From assembly GCA_951406725.2 (NCBI GenBank), contig OX597819.1, forward strand, positions 84,072,001 to 84,136,000: 64,000 nt of DNA, in the 5' to 3' direction. Position 1 is the first letter of the stretch; every line of letters starts with the position of its first letter. The notes under the pieces were generated by a model, which worked only from the letters and a program-made list of their open reading frames with translations, ran no database searches and was not told the DNA's origin. This stretch comes from Octopus vulgaris (lineage: Eukaryota). The translations under genes and the position numbers were made by a program. Below, in pieces: positions 24,054-37,447 of the stretch.

Positions 24054-24888
24054 CTACTGTTTAGGATTTGTATTTTAATGTGGTTTTGTATTATTCATAT
24101 ACCATATACATATGTGTTATATATATAATGCTGATCACCCTGCAGACTGCGATAGTCAATAAAATAGAATCTCAACCTGACATAAAAAGTGTTGGAAAAG
24201 ACGGGCTGTCTGAAGATCGACGCTCGTCTTATAAAGTATCATATGTATTGTGTTGGACATATTCATTTTGATTATTCCAGGCTTTAGAAACAATTATTCC
24301 GCGATGAATTAGTTCTCGGTAAGTGTCTCCAGCATAACTCAAGAAAGATATTTCCTGATTTCACAAAAGACAACTTTAAATCTTTAAACATCATCACTTT
24401 TACTTGGGAACATTCGCACTGAACGATTATGAATGGTGGTTTAATCGAGGAAGAACTGTCTGTAGTTTGAAAAACATCGATTTGTCCCCCAAATAGTGAA
24501 ACGTAATTCCCGATAATTGCAGGCTATTAGTAATTATAGGATTCAGAGGTGATCTATTATTCTTCACTGCCTACAATCGGTTACACTTTTCAAAGCCAAT
24601 CTCTCTTATATGAAGGATCGTATCAAGGGAAGCAAACATGGGATGTATACTGGCATTGTTTCACCACTTACATTGGAGGACTGTCACGTTGTATTCTCAT
24701 CTAATGCCAGGTTGAAAATCTATTCTGGACGAATGTACAGGGGGGAGTTGGTGGTGACGATGTCTTTGACAAAATTCTGTGGGCCAGGTAACCATCCAAG
24801 GGCCCATGATTGAGTAACTAAGAAGCCTGTTACAGGTATATATCTGCAATAAGAAAACGGTTATGCCCGTAATCGAATACACACGCAA

Positions 24889-24982
<94 letters not shown>

Positions 24983-25350
24983 TAAATTTTATATGAAATC
25001 CAATATAGTAAAACAAAATGTACACAGAACTGCTCATGAACTTTAACAACGTATTTACAGTAATCCAGACGATTGTGCAAATTAATTCTTGCATCAAAGC
25101 CACAGGGAAAACATTTTTAGCTCAAATTAGTATCCGTAAAGTATCCATATGCCCGCTACATTGTTTACATCGTTCTCGCCTGCCTCAGGAGGTCTCCAAT
25201 TTTTCATAGCATTTTATTCTTGGCTGTATAAAAATCATTTCATATTTCATCTATTATTCATCATTGAATTTTCACCGCTGAAATTTTCAATCTTGCAGGC
25301 CCAGGAGGCGAAATTTTTTCCCTACGAGAGTTCCGGACCCCAGTAATTAC

Positions 25351-25375
25351 CTCATTTGCATATAGCCAATCAGAA
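25351..25375 (+). promoter_or_regulatory. Octamer (ATTTGCAT) immediately followed by a CCAAT box
   Basis: ctcATTTGCATatagCCAATcagaa in unique sequence. The associated transcript was not identified. Confidence 0.4.
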
Positions 25376-26478
25376 CAGAGCTACCGTTATCCTGTCTTCC
25401 TTTCTAGTCAGCACTGTGCATTCTTTACTTTTTCTCTCTCTATTGGCAGACAGCAACTTTTCCGTCTGGGTTAATGTTGTCATTGAGCATTGAGATGGCT
25501 GTGAGGTGTGCTAAAAATAACAGCTAAATAAGATTTTTTGGATAAATCTTTTAAATCAAAGTTTATTTGCCAACATCCCGCTCAGAGATTTAAAACTGTT
25601 TTTCTCTTTTAAATTAACATAAACATTTATTTACATGAAAGAAAATTACCGGAGAACTGTCATCTAATTCTTCTAAATATTTCTGTTAAAAATTGTAATG
25701 TGTTTATCGCATGTAACGTGTTGTTTATTGCATTTGCATTAAACACGGGTGGTTGTAAGGTGTGCTAAAAATAACAGCTAAGTAAGATTTATTTACATGA
25801 AATAAAATTACGGGAAACATAACACGTTATTTACAAATATTTTTTCTACTCAAGGCATAAGGCCCGAAATTTTAGGAGAGGGGACCAGTCAATTAGATCG
25901 ACCCCAGTACTCAACTGGTAATTAAATTTATCGATTCCGAAAAAATGAAAGGCAAAGTCAACCTCGGCGGAGTGCTATTTTCAGAATATTGACAAGAGTA
26001 TTTATAAAACCTTCAAGCAGTTTCCGCACTTTCATATTCGTCCAAAACATTATCTTTGCACAGGCTATAGTAATTCAAACCTACCGATAACAAGCGGTAT
26101 CGATGATATCGGCATCTGAATGAGAACACAATACCAGATTCGCATGACAATCAAAGGTCACCATTTTGAATGCCAACATTTGTTAACTTGACAAGGTGAA
26201 GGTGAGCTTTGATTGGCTGTAATCAAATGAGCACTTTACTGGGGTCCGGAATTCTTGTGGTGGCGGTGAGGGGAATTCGCATCCAGAAGAAGTTATCTTC
26301 CTGCCAATGCTGTTGCTATCCTCTAGTTTACGTGATATTTACTTATGCATTGCTTTATGCTGGTATGATGCCTGCTTCTCCTCTACTCTAGCCCCCAACT
26401 CTGAAGATGTTGCCCTCACTTCTGAATATGTATGAAATGTATTCATTACTTTACTGTTTAGCCGATATTGTCTGGGCG

Positions 26479-26878
26479 GGCCATCCAATAAATGTCTTAA
26501 GGCAGTATCATGCGCGGAGGCATAGAAATAATCGGACTGAATACCCGATCGCGCGGTTAAACCATTGGGAGTGAAGGACTCCTAGCCTTTGTTAGGGCAT
26601 CCTTCTAGGAGAAGGTAACTGGGATAACTCCGACATAAAACCTGCGGCTCAGTGGTTACCGATGATGTTGACTTGTTCTTCTTTTCGGATTATGGCTGCT
26701 GTTGCTTAGTGAGTGGGATTGACTCAGCGCACAGCCTTTCCTCACTTTAAAAAAAATCTTCTTGCACAGGCATTGCACGATAATAACATTGATTAAGCTT
26801 CGTGCAATGGCCATACTTGATGACGAGGGAGCAGCCACCATGTATGTATGTATGTATGTATGTATGTATGTATGTATG
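26479..26878 (+). mobile_element. 5'-truncated copy of the 22693-23250 retroposon
   Basis: Highly similar to ~22874-23250 and ends gcagccaccatg(TATG)n. Confidence 0.75.
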
Positions 26879-27192
26879 CACGCATGCATTTTTCGGAAAA
26901 GAAAATAAAAGAAAAAAATTATAGATTGCATTCAAGGGAGATAACTTATAATAATTTGCCTAGGAATTGCAACCCTTAATCATAATCCTAATTTCAGTTG
27001 TTCCGTCCAAATATGATTCAACCAAGATTTGTCTTCTCACCAGCCATATAAAATGGCTACATCTTCATTACTAGTACAGATGCTGGTAAAGTATGTAAGG
27101 TTAATTTGATATGGATATATAGAAACTTATTTGTGAAGCAATGAAAGAATAAATTATTCTCTATTTTGAAACTGTTTGAGGATACACTATAT

Positions 27193-27366
27193 ACTCTTTT
27201 ACTTGTTTCAGTCATTTGACTGCAGCCATGCTGGAGCACCGCCTTTAGTCGAGCAAATCGACCCCAGAACTCATTCTTTGTAAGCCTAGCACTTATTCTA
27301 TCGGTCTCTTTTTGCCGTAAACACCCCCCCATCGGTTGTCAAGCGATGTTGGTGGACAAAGACACA

Positions 27367-27428
<62 letters not shown>

Positions 27429-27606
27429 CACACACATACATATATACGACGGGCTTCTTTCAGTTTCCGTCTACCAAATCCACTCACAAGGCTTTGGTCG
27501 GCTCGAGGTTATAGTAGAAGACACTTGCCCAAGGTGCCACGCAGTGGGAATGAACCTGGAACCATGTGGTTGGTAAGCAAACTACTTACCACACAGCCAC
27601 TCCTGC
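27193..27606 (-). mobile_element. SINE family A with an expanded internal (CA)n
   Basis: Same head, core and tail as 23655-24053. Confidence 0.85.
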
Positions 27607-30600
27607 AGAGAATTTTAATCTCAAACATGTCCCACACATTATGTCTGTACAACATAACATGAAACTTGCCAAAGAAGATGTCTCTCAGACGATGCTGCAA
27701 GCTGAAACAGTACCTGTGATTGAAGCTGCAATCACACATTCTTCAAGGAAAATTTGGGGCCACTTTTGCTATCATTTTCTGTACTTGTTCACTATCCAGT
27801 ACCCTGCAACACTGATGTAATCACCAGGTCAGTATGATAGAAGATCAAGCACAGCAAAAGTGAAAAACCCCCCCAAAAAAACCTGGACTTTAACAGCTGC
27901 CATGTACAGTAGCATAAGTATCTGTCACCATTAAGCACCATCTACATCTTCTGGTATTGTTGTAACAAGGTTTGCATTTCTCTAATAGTCTCCATCCAAT
28001 GTCATAGTTGGTAGCCTTCTCCTTCAAAAATATCATATATGTTTGCCCAGTACAGTGATGTGCTACTTCTTGTAGATCCTGAATAATGAGTGTGATTGTG
28101 TATGTATTTCTTCAAGAAGCTCTTTGTTAGTCTTTAAATGGAGGATATCATCAAGTGATGCTTCCTTAGAAAACAGAATATGTCATCAATTGATGCTTAA
28201 AAAAATTTACAAAAACATGGCCATCATCAAAGGAAAATGAATATTTTACGGCTCTTTTTTATAATGTAATTGTAAGTTTTGTGTGTGAGTCTAACAATTA
28301 TTATAGTTTTTGTACTTGTTTAAACTGAAAATATGTATTAAAATTATTCTTAAGGAAAAGAGTAAATTTTGTTTTTTGCCTGTTTTGCACATAGATTCAT
28401 GCAACCCTTTCCTGTTATTTAAGGATTAATCTGATATAGTGCTTTATACTGGATGCATTGTTTGGCCCACTGGACCTGACTTCTACTTCATATGCAACAC
28501 CCATTGTGTTGCAGCAGCCACTGAGTGGGAAAGTGGTGGTGCCATTACAAGTGGCTTCATATTCTAAGGATGGGTTTGCATGAATGGATAAGATTCATAT
28601 TGACTATGTATCTGAAAGAAATTGTAAGCAAGCATCTATTAAATAACTTTTTGTACGTATGTATAGGAGAAAAACATTTATCAACCAACTTTTGTATGGC
28701 TTTACATATATCGGAACAAACATTTAGGGAGAAAGGGGTTTTAAACAAATAACTTTGCTGTGTTGTTTCTTTCTGATGCATTTGGGTTGGGTGTGTAAGC
28801 AATCTTATCTTTAACCCATTTAGTTTTTGTAAAAGTGACCACTGTATGAAAAATTTCCGCCCGAGATAATAGATTCAAGATCCTTCTGCTCACTTTTTTA
28901 AATAGCTTCTCTAACACTAAAGCTAGATGGCAGGACCATGTGTTAATGTAGGTGAGATCACTGAGCAGGGGGAAGGCTTGTAGAGGACCAGTGTCCAAAT
29001 CTAGTCTCACATCTAAGTTGGTTTCTAATGTGATACAATGCCTGAAGGACTATGTCTTACACTGGTGGGATTAATTATTTTTCCTTTCTAGATACAGCAT
29101 ATATCTTCGGGCTGAAGTTTATCAGCATTAAATAAATAAATTTAGATTTGTTAGAATTAAATAAAAAATAAATTACACACACACACACACACGGCTTTTT
29201 TCACAGTTTTTGTCAACCAAATTCACTTGCCAGATTTTGGTCAGCCCAAGAGAAAAATAGACACTTGCTCAAGGTACCATGCAGTGAGACTAAACCCAAA
29301 ACTACACAATTATGAAGTGAATTATTTACAACACTGCCATGCTTGTACCTTGACATTAGAAAATCTGAAAGGGGGGCAACAATCCAACCAGCTGAAGATG
29401 AACTTTTTTTTTTTCCAAAAAACTCTAATAAGGTTTATATTTTATTATGGATATTCATAGAATCCAGCCTGTTGATTACTTCTAGAGTACTGCAAACTTT
29501 GTAGTTGCAATCTGAAGAAATGTTTTAAATAATTAGTATGTCACACATTGATAGGATTAATTATTTTTCATTTCTAGATTCAGCATATGCAGCTATCAGT
29601 TGTTCAGACTGAAATTTATCTGCATTAAATAAACAAATTTAGACTTGTTAAAATTAAATAGAAATAAGTAATATTCAAGTAAGGTAGATACTTTATTTCA
29701 ATGAAATGTATTTTCTTTATCAATACACAAATTAACAATTACAATGAATCTTTCAAAAAAAAAAAAAAGAAAAGAAAGAAAAAAGATAACTATCTCTTAA
29801 TGATATATATATATTCATATATATATATTAGTACAATTTCTCTTAAAAAAATAAATGTAAAATATTGTTTTATAGTGATATTGTTGTTTCAAGTTTCTAT
29901 TTTAATTTCAAATGAAATACAAGAATAATTATTTATTGTTGTCTTATTTTTTGTAAGTGAATCTCTAAGCTTTGTTCCATCATGTCTACAATTATAAGTG
30001 TTTTAAGAACCCTTCTTCAAATATATTTGTTCTCTTTCATATTTACAAATTTTATAAACTGGAAAATAGTCTCTTGTATTGTTGGGAAAATTTACTGCTG
30101 CAACACACTGATTTTTGTCAATTACTTTGTTATGAAAATTAGTCCAGACCTGCTCAACATTGAGTAGTCAAATAATTGTAGCAAAGATAATTATTTGTAA
30201 AAAAAATACTTGATACAAATAATTAGATTCATAAAATCAACTTAAGTAAACAAAAATTTACACAAATCAGTATTTAAAATTTTTTTTAATTATTTTTTTT
30301 TTTGGTCGGGGTAAGAATCAGCATTGGAATATATAAAATTTCCTTGGAAATTTTTTATATTATTGTTTTAGTGTCCATTTTTCAATGCTTACGTGGTTTG
30401 GACCTATTTTGTCTTTCAAAATTATTTTTTTTCTCAAATCAATATTGATTTTTAAAATTTACTAGTAAATTTATAAACAACCATTTTTAAATTTTTCAAC
30501 AGCTAATTCTTTCTACCAAAGACACAAGGCCTGAAATTTTGGGAGAGGTGCTAGTTGATTACATCAGTCCCAGTGCTTGACTGGTACTTATTTTATTGGC

Positions 30601-31261
30601 CCCAAAAGGACGAAAGGCAAAGTCAACCTTGGTGTAATTTGAACATAAAATAGGAAGAAATGTTGCTAAGCATTTAGTCCTGTGTGCTTACAATTTTGCC
30701 AGCTAGCCACCTTCTTCTCAAGCAGTAATATAGACAATACTTTGTGTACGAGTATGTACGTATATATTAGTTTATGAGTGAGTTCATGTGTATATATGCA
30801 TATATATATGTCTGTGTGTTCATATATATGTGCATTTATATGAAGATTAAGGAGACAAAATTTTATCAAGAATAATTGATACTTCTTTTCTTTTGTTGTG
30901 TATATAAATTGTAATTATTCCATAGAATCCAGTACTACACTGAGTCACATTTGAAAGTGTAGATAACCAATGGTGATGTGTTATACAAGGATATTTTACA
31001 AAATCAGTTATGCCACTTATTTCCATGATCAAATAAAGTACAAGTAGCCAATAACTTAATAAAATATATTTAAATGGCAGAATAGCCTTTTCTTATTTTT
31101 GGTTTGCAAGTGGAGAATTGTTTGCATTTAGCAGGTGGACTTTGAATTTTGAATTTTTATGCATCATTTAACAGTTATTTGATATCTGTGGAACAACAAG
31201 TGCATTTATTATTTTTGATAAAAATTACTTAATTTATATGAAAATTCTGATACTATACATA

Positions 31262-31308
<47 letters not shown>

Positions 31309-32877
31309 ATGTATCATACATATATGTGTACATGATGCGTATTCTTCAAAATCCAATCTACCAGCAGCACAATGATAATTAATAAGACATTCCAAAGATT
31401 ACACATACATATATAGTTATACAGAACTTAAGTGCAGTTGTTTACACCTACATATAAGTGTATACCAACTTAACCACATATTTACAAAGCCAGGAAACAG
31501 TCTTAACTCAAAAAAGTGACAAACTTGAACTCTCTGAAGAGGAACTTGAGTATATCTCAAAGAAAAACATACATACATACATGCATACATACACATATAC
31601 ATATTTACATACATGCATACATGCATGCATACATACATACATACATACATACATACATACATACATACATACATACATACATACATACATACATACATAC
31701 ATACATACATACATACATACATACATACATACATACATACATACATACATACATACATACATACATACATACATACATACATACATGCATGCATGCATGC
31801 ATGCATACATATTCAGTAAGATTTTTGTCTTTGTTTCTGTTAATGGTTTAGAAAGTCAGAGATTATTAGGTTATTCTATTCACAAGTATATGATATATAA
31901 AATAAAAATTCAGAAGTGAGTCTGTATATAATAAATCAGTACAAGGAAGAATAAGTTCCACTTACAACAAATTATATCTTCTTTTACCTTCAGTTGTACT
32001 CATCAGAAATATAATTTGTATTTTCATATTTTTTCTTATTCATATTAGAAGGAAAGTTATCTCTTATTTGTTCATATTCACTTCATTTCATTAAAAATTT
32101 CATGCCATTAAACAAAACAAAAGTCACACCAAGAAGAATTTTGTTTATGTCATATTGGCTGCATGTATATATCTATTTGTGATGAATAGTCATTAATTCT
32201 TGCCTTAAGAATAAAGTCATTTAAATTCAAGATTTGGGTGAATTTTCATTCAATAATTTTCATTTTTTTAAAACAATAGTTAAGTACAAAGTAGTTGTAC
32301 TTATAACTCTGTCTATTTCTTCATCTCACTCCCTCTGAGCTACTCGGAGAATCTCCTTACTGTAGAAAGCAAAACACATGTTCTTTGGTACTATTTTCTG
32401 CCTTGTTTTGGATTTTTTTTTTAAGCTGATAGCTTAGCAGCAGTCAAACTCTGTACCTTGAGAAACAGTGTAGAATACATTGACAGGTAAACTCTGGAAA
32501 TGTGACATTGCAGAAGAATTTCCCGTTCAGTAACTCCTGCTAAAAATACAAAAAATTTCATTATTTTTTTTTATATTCTCTTTTGTTTGCTTGCTTCTCT
32601 TTGTGCTAGTAAATGGGAAAAAAACAAAACAAATAAAAAAGATATTGTCACATCATAGGAGTTGAAAAACAACTGTCAAACTGTGGGAGTCATCTTCGTG
32701 GAAGCTGACTCCCAAATTCCTTTCACAGAAGCGGACTTGAAATGTACCTGTGAGAACCATTCGGAGAGCCAAATCAACATTAAGGAGGTTGGTTTCGAAA
32801 GCACCAAAATCCCTTGTTCAACAACCAAAACATCATGGAAGTTAGCTCAAATGCCCTAAGGCAATTAATTTTACCAA

Positions 32878-33033
32878 TCAAACAGCCATGTCTTCACGGA
32901 GGTTGACTTGTAAAGCACCAGGACTCCAATCACTTAGCTTTGTTCCATTGAGTCCACGAATACTTGATGAGAAAAATGCAGGAATACCTTCAGTGAAAAA
33001 TGCTGGACCATCACTACTGCTTGACCTGACAGT
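32878..33033 (-). CDS. Mucin-like gene, probable last coding exon (TVRSSSSDG...LREDMAV*)
   Basis: Poly-T acceptor ccacag, phase 0 matching the previous exon, TGA at 32880-32878. Confidence 0.7.
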   Translation of the reverse strand, partial: TVRSSSSDGPAFFTEGIPAFFSSSIRGLNGTKLSDWSPGALQVNLREDMAV

Positions 33034-36000
33034 CTGTGGAAAAAAAAAAAAAAAAAAAAAAAAACTTTTAAATTTGAAGAAAGCAAAACAAAAATGTAAA
33101 TTAAAAAAGTGATACACTTTTACTGGTATCAGTTGTTAGCCTGTACCTATGCTTTAGTAATGTTTTCATGGATTTTAGTTTCAATATATTAAATCCAGTA
33201 CTTTGGCCAATGCTTATTAGTTTGGTCTTGGAGGACAAAAGGGTAACTCAACAGGGTGTAAAGGGAGGCAACTGAAACAGAGAGAACTGCTAATAGGTAT
33301 TTTCTGGCGACACTTCGTGTATATTTCTATACTAGCAGTATCGCCCGGCGTTGCTCGGGTTTGTAAGGGAAATAACTATAAAAGCATTTTTAGAGAGTTA
33401 TAGCCAAAAAATAGCAAAAAAATGCATTCAAAATTGAAAAAAAATTAAGGTAAATTTTTTTTTTAAATCGTTGACACATCGTAGATATTTTTAGAGAGTT
33501 ACTTCCCTTATATAAAAGCGAAAAAATGCATTAAAATGGAAAAATATGATTGTAAATTTTTTTAAAATCGTAGACTCATCGTAGACGCGCGCTAATACCC
33601 AGAAGGGCTCGATATGAATCACGACTATAAGATACCCGCTTTTGGTTAAACTGCACCGCAAAATGTGGGAGTAGTTACGAATCTAAATCGTAGGAGACAG
33701 ACACACAACTTCACTCTTATATAAAGATGCTTTTTTTTTCAGTCATAGAGTTAGATTTATGAAGGTCTTCAGTAGAAAATCCTTCGAATTCTGACTCGCT
33801 GCTTGATATAATGAAATTCGTATCCATTTTTTGTCAGAATTACAAATTTTGAAAACACAATAGGAACAAATTTCGGAAAAAAATCTCCCATAATTCACGG
33901 AATTAAAATTACACTTCGATTTTTGTACAAAACTGTATTTGAAGTGTTTACGAAGTATAATACGTGTTTTCACGAATGTACTAAAGAGATTTACTCTGCT
34001 TTTCTCATTTAAATATGAATAGGTAAATTCGGGTGGTTTGGTAACGAAAGGGTTAAACAGATGCATACATTTATTAATAACTATATATAAGTGTCGTCTG
34101 TTTATACATAAACACTGTTTCATACTTTCAGTTTAGTCTTCCTCAAATCACTCTGTCGCTATTTACTCTCTTCCAAGAACATTTTCACTCACTCTTATCT
34201 CTTAGCTTGCCATACATTTTACTCATGTATCTATCAGCGTGATAGACAGAAACAAATATTACATCGCCATTGCCATCGCATTCTATTGTCTACCTGTCAA
34301 CACACACAGAGTGAATTAGTTTCAGTTTATTCGTTGCACACTGTGTGTGTGCGTTTGCGTGTGCTGTAAACCAGACTAAGAAAAGCATTTGACATACACA
34401 CCAGAATGTGAGTTTTCTGTAAATTTTGCTTAATTGGAGTTTAAATTTTAAAAACTGGACCTGGCATGACCCGATGCATTCTACTCTTAAAAATGCTAGG
34501 TAAATTGTAATTGAAGAAATCCTATATTGTAGATTTCTATAACTGACAAAGGGAGGCAGATAAAATCTGCCTTTTATAATAAGAGATATATAAATGGCAA
34601 AATGTCTGCGTGTGTGTCCTTTATACAAATCCATAATTTTTCAGTTAGAGAGCTCGCACTTTCTATAGTCATTCAAAACCATCCAAGGGTGGTCGTGCAC
34701 ATCTTTACATTTCCCCAGTCACCCCGCAAAACCATTAAAAAATCAATAGAAGTTACTTTTTTGTGAATTTTCTATCCAAAACCTAATCAAAATGCTCGAA
34801 ACTTGATACACCAATTGAATGCCAGCTAGCTGTATGTGATTGGTTGGAGATTTGGACAGTACTCGCGTGTATGTGCGCACGCACGCAGCTGTATATGCAT
34901 GCACTATATATCATCATATATATAATGCTAGTTGGGTATAAAAAAATAATTTTATACCCATTTACACATACACACATACATGCGCGCACACTTGCACATG
35001 CATACTCGCACACACACACACACGTACTCATACGCATGTACGCATACAAACACACACACACACACAGTGTTTTCTACTATAACCCCAGGCTGATTAAAGC
35101 CTTGTGAGTGGATTTGGCAGGAGGAAACTGAAAGAAGCCCATCATATGTGTTTGTCCCTCCTTCCCTATTATCACCGTACAATAGGTGTTGGTTTGTTTA
35201 CATCCTAGTAACATTAGAGGTTCAGCAAAAAAACACCGAGAGAATAAATACCAGACTTAAGAAAAAAGAAATAGTGCTGCAGTCAATTTGTTTAACAAAA
35301 TCCTTCAAGTTAGTACTCCAGCAAGTAAAAGATAAAAGTAAATATTTACTCTCAGAAATACTTACCTCCCAAGGATCTGAGTGTAAAGTTGATTTAACAT
35401 TTCTGAAACAGTGTGGTTCACTATCATCATTCAAAAAATGTTGTTGGGGTATCCAGGAAACTATTGAGTCTGGTTGTGTCCCAGAAGAGGATTCTCTCCG
35501 TCTTTGTCTTCGACGTCTGAAAGAGACCAAAGAAGAAACATTGACTAATATATAGAGAACTTTTCATAACTTAGTCCTCGTTGCCATCATTACCTTTGAA
35601 TAGTTTAACTAGATAAATATTTATATAATAGTTGCACGTGTGTGGCTGTGTGTGTGTGTGCACGCACGCGTGTTGTTTCATTATCAAATAAGGGTTTACA
35701 GAAAATACGTGTGTGTGTGTGTGTACATATGTATGTATGTATGTTCTATAGCTTCGGTCTGACCAAAGCCTTGTGAGTGGACTTGGTAGATGGAAACTAA
35801 AAGAAGCCCATCATATATGTGTGTGTATGTCTTTGTGTCTGTTTTTGTCCCCCATCACCACTTGACAACTTGTGTGGTGTGCTTACATCCTTGTAACTTA
35901 GTAGTTCAGCAAAAGTGACCGATAGAATAAGTACTATGCCTTAAAAATAAGTCCTGGAGTCGATTTGTTTGACTAAAACCCTTCAAGGCGATGCTCCAGC

Positions 36001-37415
36001 ATGGCTGCAGTTAGATGACGGAAACAAGAAAAAGGAAGAAAAGGATAAAAATGGCTTGAGAGATGAAACAATAACAAACCTGACACAACAGATCAGGAGA
36101 CATAAAAGTAGTAAGATGAGTAGTAAACTGAGGCCAACGCCCAGGCATAATGCAGATTCTCGGATTTCTGTAATAAAAGATAAAAAAAAGGTCAAAAGAA
36201 TGAAATTAATCAAATTATTTTAAAAGTACTAATCAAATCTTCAAATATTAATTCAGTAATAGCTAATATCCATTTTCATTTGGATAAAGAGTAAAGACAG
36301 TTGAGTGAATTAGTTGCAATATCTTAATGGTATATAACCTTTTAGCATTATATATATAACCTGTGGAATGTAGTGCTTATTTATTCCCATTGTTTTGAAT
36401 TAATTATGCATTATCTTGTGGCTTTGAGATTTCGATGGTGGGATTGTTTATTTTCAGAATGACATTCTTGGTTAGGTGTGAGAAGCTAGATCTGAACATA
36501 ATATAGGTAGACTATTTGGACTAGATATGGCTGGTTTAAATGCTAAAGGGTTGACCCTTTAGTATTCAGGTTTCTCTGTCCATTGTCTTGCTTATTTATT
36601 GATACTGCTTTGAATTAATTATGCATTATCTTGTAGCTTTGAGATTTCAATAATGTGATTGTTTACTTTTAAGAAATGAAGCTAGTATGCTCTGCTGGAT
36701 GTGTAACGTCAGTGTGCATACATGACAGAGTATAAGCACCCTGAGAGAAAAGTTGGACATCTGAAGCATCAGATGTGGTATGTAAGAGAAATGACTATGC
36801 TGGTATAGTCATGTGTTATGTGTTGTGTATGGATGAGGACAGCTGTGTGAAAAATTGTCACACCCTAACAGTGGAGGGAGACTGTGCGAGGGTTTAATAT
36901 CTGCCTTCCATGCTGGCATGGGTAGGATGAATATAAATCATAAAAAATTGTGAGAAAGAAAGAAAAATTGAAATAACTTATATGGAAATAACTTGAAAAA
37001 AAATTTTTCCTAGACTATTGCTAGATCACTCTTTTGCCTACAGACTTTGAAGCCCTATGATGGAAGATTGTATGATTTTAATATATTAGACCTCCAGACT
37101 TCTTCCCTAGGCCGTGTTTTCTATTCTCTCTTCCCTTTGTTTATTTTGGACACTTTTGTATTCACTCTGATGAAGTTCCATGCTTTAGTTCAAATATCCT
37201 ATGAAGATGAAGAATATTATTTCTGCAATTCTTTCATAGGCACTGACTGGCATTGGAAACTGAAACGGCTGTAAGAATTGTTATGCCACATGAATGTTAT
37301 GTCATGTTTTGTATTAAATAATAATAAGATACAGATGTGGTCCAATTGATTTGTTTGTTGATCTGAAGTTTTCTCCATTTTCTGATTATTTATATATATA
37401 TATAAATATAAATTT

Positions 37416-37447
<32 letters not shown>

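Noticed and set aside
28780-29015. Possible telomerase RNA (taaccc, U/A tracts, hairpin ending in ACA)
   Set aside because: Only a single TAACCC is present, with no 1.5-repeat template, and I could not build a convincing pseudoknot or H box.
31417-31919. Long ORFs such as MYVCMYVC.../HTYIHTYI... here and at 11.2, 22.5, 37.4, 60.5 and 61.4 kb
   Set aside because: Translations of (TATG)n and (TA)n microsatellites, not genes.
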